From contig CATNEN010000003.1 of NCBI GenBank assembly GCA_950097015.1, positions 15,500,001 to 15,564,000 of the forward strand: 64,000 bases of DNA. The letters run 5' to 3'. Shown one piece after another: positions 58,233 to 64,000 of this stretch (the stretch's first letter is position 1; the number at the start of each line of letters is the position of its first letter). Made by a program: the position numbers and the translations under genes. The notes under the pieces were generated by a model. That model did not search any database. It was not told the origin of the DNA and was given only the letters and a program-made list of their open reading frames with translations. This stretch comes from Macrostomum hystrix. Lineage: Eukaryota > Animalia > Platyhelminthes.

Positions 58233-59717
58233 GATGCGATCTAAAGACATCCGCGGTTCAGTCCGCGGACCGGGCTATCCTTGGCACCAATCTAAATTTG
58301 AACAGTAGGGGGAGCCTTAACTCTAATATTGTGCCAAAAAAATTGTCCAATTGTCCAAGCCGTTAAGTACGTCATGTAATTTTGCTAGCTCTATAAAATT
58401 GTATACCGTAAATGTTGTCTTAGCTTTCTTAACAATATGAAAAGTATTTTTAAGTTGAAATATGAATTTTTCTAACCGAATTGGTTGTTATTTTTTATAT
58501 TTAACAGCACTACTTTGTTTTCTTTTTTTTAAGCAGTGTGTTTTTTAACAAACATTGTTTTTAGGCCCACTTGCCGTAGCGTTGAAACGAATTTTTTTTA
58601 ACTTTCGGTACGTCGTTCTAAATAACTATTATTTCACCGATGTTATGCAGCCAAGTATTTAGGGCATATAATAATTGCTTTCCATTTGCAGAACTTTCTT
58701 TACACCGGCCTTCGACATTGTATTTATGCTGCAATAATTATTTCGGCGTGTGCGTGATTCATAACACATTATTTTCTGCTTCTAAATTGCTTGTTTGCTT
58801 GCTATTCGCCGCTTTTACTTCTTTTAGCTATGTAATTACTATTGAATAATCGGTTCGTATTATTCTACTGTTTACTATTCCTTTATGTTAAGTTTACATC
58901 ATTATTGTTTTGCCAGTTTTTCTGACGTTTTCTAACATTTAACTTTTTACTAAAAAATTGTCTCGTTTCCTGTTTTTCTTCTAACATTTAATCATTTTTA
59001 CTGTTGTCGTAAACATTATCATTATCTAAACAATATTTATTTGTAAAGTTCAAATTTATTAATTTAACTTGTGTGGATTTACAATTTTGCTGAAGATGCG
59101 CTTTTATTGTCTTCTCCCTGAACCTCGTATTTAAATAGATATTTAGAATTGGCGTATCTTACTCGAATAAATATACTTGACAAATGATTTCGCAGCACTT
59201 AAATAACTGTCATAACACCAGTTAAATCTTAACGAATCAGATGGATTGAAATTTTTATTGGTTTCTCTGTTTTCATGTTATCTGTATGTCAAATAATATG
59301 ACTTTATAGTTATAAATTGTATCAGCCAATTATTGAATTAGTACGAGTTAATACAATATCGTGGGAATAACGAGGCTTATCTGGCTTATCCGCTGTCGCC
59401 AGCAATGGCTCCAATTAAAGACGTATATTTTAAGCGTGCCAGTGCCAAAAATGACAGATATTAACAAAATGGGACTTATAGCTAGTGAACCATGCAATTT
59501 TAGATCTCAAACGTGCATTCTCTTGACGCCAGAGACAGTGAACTTTGTCAGGTCTATATTGCTCTTAGACCCATCAAGCAACAAACTGCGTATAAGCCTT
59601 TCGTTATTGCCGCGGTATCATGTGAATAAGTACGACACAAACCTGTTAATATTTATCACTTGCAGCAAAATTTATATGCGCCTAATATTTATTATTAATA
59701 AATATGCGCCTTCAGAA

Positions 59718-59979
59718 CATAGGCGTAGGAACGGGGGGGGACAGTGGGGCCATGGCCCCCCCCACTTTTTAAGTTGGGGGGCCAGTAATGAGATCTGCCC
59801 CCCCACATTTTAAATGCGAAATGTTGACTTTTTTGCAAATTTTTTACTATTTTTTACTATTTTTACTGCAAGGGCAATATTGAAATAATAACAATTGTCA
59901 TTTTTGGGATTTTTTCGGGGAAATGGATCCTCCCCTTGGCCTTGGCCCCCCCACTTTTTTAATCATTCCTACGCCTATG
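59718..59979. mobile_element. MITE (hAT- or P-type) with 8-bp TSD
   Basis: TIR CATAGGCGTAGGAA...TTCCTACGCCTATG; TSD CTTCAGAA at 59710-59717 and 59980-59987. Confidence 0.92.
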
Positions 59980-60775
59980 CTTCAGAATAATTTTTTCAAT
60001 GCCCTAAGCCACATCAAAATGTGTCTGCATATTACGAAGTTAAATATACGAGTTTGACGTACGAACATATAGTGTCGACGGTATGAATTTGAAATTCACG
60101 TTTCCAAGAAGTATATATAATATTTAAGCACATCAAGCTCGCGAACAATTGTTACTACAACTTGTGTGAATTGTGAAAAGTTGACTAAGGCAAAATTTGT
60201 TTCGGCCACGTTCTGAAAAATATTCTTGGAATATCGTGAAATCTTTTCAGAAAGTATTTTTTCTGGAAAGTCATCAATTTCTTGACTTAAGCCAAATTAA
60301 TAAAACCAAGTACAAAAGTACAATGCCTGCGATTAAGCGCAATTTATGTCGAATGTCATCGCATTCTTATGTGTAAGTATGTGTGCTTATTTTTAGCTCA
60401 ACTGTAGATTATTTCTGCAGATAGGCTATGATATTTTGCCTTCATAATTTTATGTCATCCTAGTTGGATTAGGCTAGCTGGATTTGAGCCTATTAACTTA
60501 AGGATGTTATTAACTAGAGTTTTTTTTCATTTAATCACCTTAATTTTTCGCCATAGTAAATATGTCTAATCTGGCTCCTAGTGTAATTAATGGCATTTTT
60601 TGACTGCATATTTACAATTTTATACTAATAGATAATATCCATTTGTAACTAATCTGTTTACATTTTGTTTTAATCATTATAATCATCTGCACATCAACAT
60701 TTGGTTCACCTTCATTCATACTATGCTACATAAAACTGCTATAAATGTTAAAAATTCAAAAAGCTGTATATCTAC

Positions 60776-63613
60776 TGTCGTAGGGCTACTTTAATTCTAC
60801 TGCTGTTACCAAAGTTGTCGTAGGTGGAGATTAACGATCCCACCGCTGTTACCAAAGTTGTCGTAGGGCTACTTTAATTCTACTGCTGTTACCAAAGTTG
60901 TCGTAGGTGGAGATTAACGATCCCACCGCTGTTACCAAAGTTGTCCTAGGCCTCTGTCTATATTCAATATTGATTCTAACAATGCCACCAAAGTTGTTAC
61001 TGGGCCTTTTTATACTTTTGTCAATCTTATGAAGCCTTTAATTATTCGCTTTATGTATTTCTTATCTCAATTCAAATTGGTAACATTTATGTATTCAAAT
61101 ATGGTAGCGTTATGTATTCAATCTGGTAGCGTTTATACTTTCAGTATGGCCGGTATCTTTCCTCTATATTTCCTTCTGTTTATAACTTTACTGTATTAAG
61201 TACTTTGTATCAATCTTTATCCGTCTTTATCAGTCTTTATCCGTCTTTATCAGTCTTTATCCGTCTTTATCAGTCTTTCAATTATCATTCAGTTAACCTT
61301 CAATTTAGTCTTCAGTTCAGTCTTCAATTTCAATCTTCAGTCCGTTTCATAGGGCTTTCCAGTGGTTCTAGAGTTACAGCTTTCTCTTTACTCTATTTAT
61401 TTCTCTTTCGCAATGTCTCTTCTTCTCAAATAACTTTAACACGAACACTTCAAATTCAAGCTTTCTTTATGCTGAACTTCGTCAGGTACGAGGTTAGTTT
61501 TTCGCTTTTCACTTCGGGTGTATTTATACCAAAAATTGCCTTCGCCTCCGTGACTTCAGTAAAACTATTATTTTTGGTGCAAATAAACAAACGGTGCATT
61601 TTAACAAAATTTTCGTAGCATTAAAACAAAATGTTTAATTTCGCGGGAATTCAAAAACGAGGCCCTATTGCACTACATTCACAGTAGCTATAACAATGTG
61701 GTGCATGTATCATTTTGTTTATTAAATTATTTTCTTTTCGGAAAACAAAACTGCAAGTAATTTCAGTAATGAATAACAAGTGGGAATAACAAATTTAACA
61801 AGAACAAATGCTGTTGAGGGCAGCTGGGCTCATGCAAACTGCAAAATCTGCCAGATGTATGGAACCAAGGACTCCATGTTTGAGATGCACCTACAGGAGT
61901 ACCTGTGGCGCAGACAGTTTCTGTGCCCAGTGCTTGGACACTTCCTAAGGTGTGTCGCCCAGCAATATCCACTTTAAAAGAAGCTAACAATCAACCTGGA
62001 ATTTGTTCTTGTTAAATTTGTTATTCCCACTCGTTATTCATTACTGAAATTACTTGCAGTTTTGTTTCTGAAAAGATAATATGGAGGACAATCAGCCATG
62101 TTGAAATCAAGTTGAACTCAGAAATCAAACTCAGTTGAAATTGCCATTTTATACCCCACATCAATTTGAGCCATAGAATACTGCGTGGCACTTTCACTTT
62201 TTGCCACATCAGTTAAGTGAATTTAAATTGCTGCAACAATCATATTTTGTGCCCACAAATTCAAATCTGCTGTCAAAATAATTTAAAGAAACAAAACAAC
62301 ACATGCTAAAAATGTTAAAAAGCCAAATTATAAAGCTGATATAACTTCATATATATGCTTTTCATAATTGCAGAGATTGAAGTCTGAAAAGAAAGAAGTA
62401 TATGAAATACCAGATAAAATTTTATTATCAGCTAGCACAACAGAAACAGTTAGCCTTGCAGCTCTATATAGGAAAAGTGACTTTCATTAACCTAGTTAAA
62501 ATTTAACTCACATTTTATACTTTTTTGTGTAAAAAGGCCTTTAATTTGAAAGATCATATTGTTTCTTTCTGAAAATTACTGTTGGGAATGGGGTTTTGAC
62601 TAAATTAAGTGTATTCACATTCATGCAATAAGGGCCATCTACACTTAGCTAGTGCCTTTTCTACATTTTATATTGGCCTAGCTACCTTTTATTTGTTATT
62701 CCTTGGTCCATAACAGCAAAAGTAACACAATATTTATAGTTATTAAGTATCAGTAGGTCGCAGGTTGTATTGTTTGTCTTTATTGTTTAGTAAGCCAAAT
62801 ACTCTATATGAGATAGGGTTTCCGATTGTTTTATTTTTCCTAGAAATTGCTCCCGCGAAATTAAATATGTTTTGTTTTAATGCACCATTTGTTTATCTGC
62901 ACCAAAAATATAATAGTTATACTGAAGTCGCGGAGGTGAAGAGAATTTTAGTATAAATACACCCGAAGCAAAGAGAGAAAAACCAACTCTTACCACCTCG
63001 GTTGGGAAAAGAGTTCACAGTAAAGAAAGCTTGAATCTGAAGTGTTCATATTAAAGTTATTTGAGAAAGAGACATTGCAAAAGAGAAGTAAATAGAGTGA
63101 AGGCAAGCTGTAACTCTAGATCCACTGGTAAAGCCCAAAAGACGGACTGAAGATTAAATTGAAGGTTAACTGAATAATAAATGAAAAGTGATTAAGACAG
63201 ATAAAGACGGATAAAGACTGATAAAGACTGATAAAGACGGATAAAGATTGATACAAAGTACTTATAGAAATAATACAGTAAAGTTGTAAGTAGAAGGGAA
63301 TATAGAGGATAGATACCGGCCATATTGAAAGTATAACGCTACCATATTGAATACACAAACGCTTCCAATTTGAATTGCAATAAGAAAGTGCATAAAGCGA
63401 ATAAAGTAAAGACATTTATAAGATTAACATAACGACAATATTTGAATAAAGTATATAAGGAAAGAGGCAGGCCTAGAACAACTTTGGGAACAGCAGTTGG
63501 ATCGTTAATTTCCACCAGCAACAACTTTGGTGACATTCAGTGGAATCTTAAATATTATAAAATAGCCCTACAACTACTTTGGTGGCAGCAGTAGGATTAA
63601 ATTAGCCCTACAA
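60776..63613. mobile_element. Long diverged inverted repeat (arms ~60776-61648 and ~62851-63613) with a ~1.2-kb spacer
   Basis: Collinear reverse-complement matches along both arms, e.g. CTTCGGGTGTATTTATAC / GTATAAATACACCCGAAG, TTTAATTTCGCGGGA / TCCCGCGAAATTAAA, (CAGTCTTTAT)n / (ATAAAGACTG)n. Confidence 0.85.
61790..61960 (+). pseudogene. Merlin / IS1595 (ISXO2-like) DDE transposase C-terminal remnant
   Basis: TNAVEGSWAHAN...MYGT....HLQEYLWRRQF matches the TNxIEGxW...G...xLxExxWR C-terminal motifs of IS1595/Merlin transposases. Confidence 0.7.
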
Positions 63614-63636
63614 CATATTTATAGAACAATTCTCCA

Positions 63637-63859
63637 GGAACTGGCCATGGAATTTTATAGTCAAGCAATTGAAATCATTTATTTGACTGGAACTCTATAA
63701 ATGTTCTGTTTCTGCTTTTATTCTTTCTGCAAGTAAGAACTCAACTCAATCTTTCTATTCTGGCTGATTCTTCCATATAGCATGACAAATCAAGTTGTCT
63801 ATTGCTAACTTTCTCTTGTGAATCCAAATGCTTGGCCATAGAATTCCATGGCCCATTCC
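63637..63859. mobile_element. Small degenerate MITE-like element with ~40-bp imperfect inverted ends
   Basis: GGAACTGGCCATGGAATTTTATAGTCAAGCA versus TGCTTGGCCATAGAATTCCATGGCCCATTCC; no clear TSD. Confidence 0.55.
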
Positions 63860-64000
63860 ATTCTGCAGATCTACAGTTCCACATGGCACAACAAAAGCAA
63901 TACTTTATTTATTCAATAAAAGTGAAATATATTTATTGAAAGAGATTTATTAAAATGTAGATACTTTGCTTAAAACGTTAACAAATAGATTCTCAAAACT

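Noticed and set aside
60346-62450. Possible two-exon gene start (MSNVIAFLC joined to RLKSEKKEVYEIPDK)
   Set aside because: Splice sites are plausible, but there is no recognisable homology and the second piece lies in the transposon-like spacer; insufficient support.

Overview
AT-rich, intron-rich animal (invertebrate) genomic DNA; the taxon cannot be fixed from the sequence, and a free-living flatworm is only a guess. Seven protein-coding genes can be reconstructed by hand from splice sites and reading phase: a DUSP8/16-type MAPK phosphatase (minus strand, ~7.9-18 kb) head-to-head with a compact DCAF6-like WD40 gene, an intronless orphan secreted 8-Cys protein, a complete myosin VI gene (29.2-50.9 kb) carrying an intronless SUR1/GT32-like glycosyltransferase nested on the same strand in intron 10, a LOTUS+degenerate Tudor gene and a LOTUS-only paralog. 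Almost every large intron holds its own minisatellite, and the long repetitive ORFs in the ORF track are artefacts of these arrays. There are also three tRNA-headed SINE families, several MITEs with TSDs, and a long inverted repeat around a Merlin/IS1595-like transposase remnant. Best leads: (1) two internal alternative N-termini of the DUSP that drop the rhodanese/KIM domain and each carry a JIP1-type RPxxLx(L/F) docking motif, one behind a TATA/AP-1 promoter; (2) three genes whose first coding exon opens in phase 0 at an ATTTCAG acceptor with no ATG, consistent with spliced-leader-supplied start codons and possibly an operon; (3) two myosin VI microexons at the vertebrate small-insert position; (4) the nested fungal-like glycosyltransferase; (5) strand and position bias of the intronic minisatellites.
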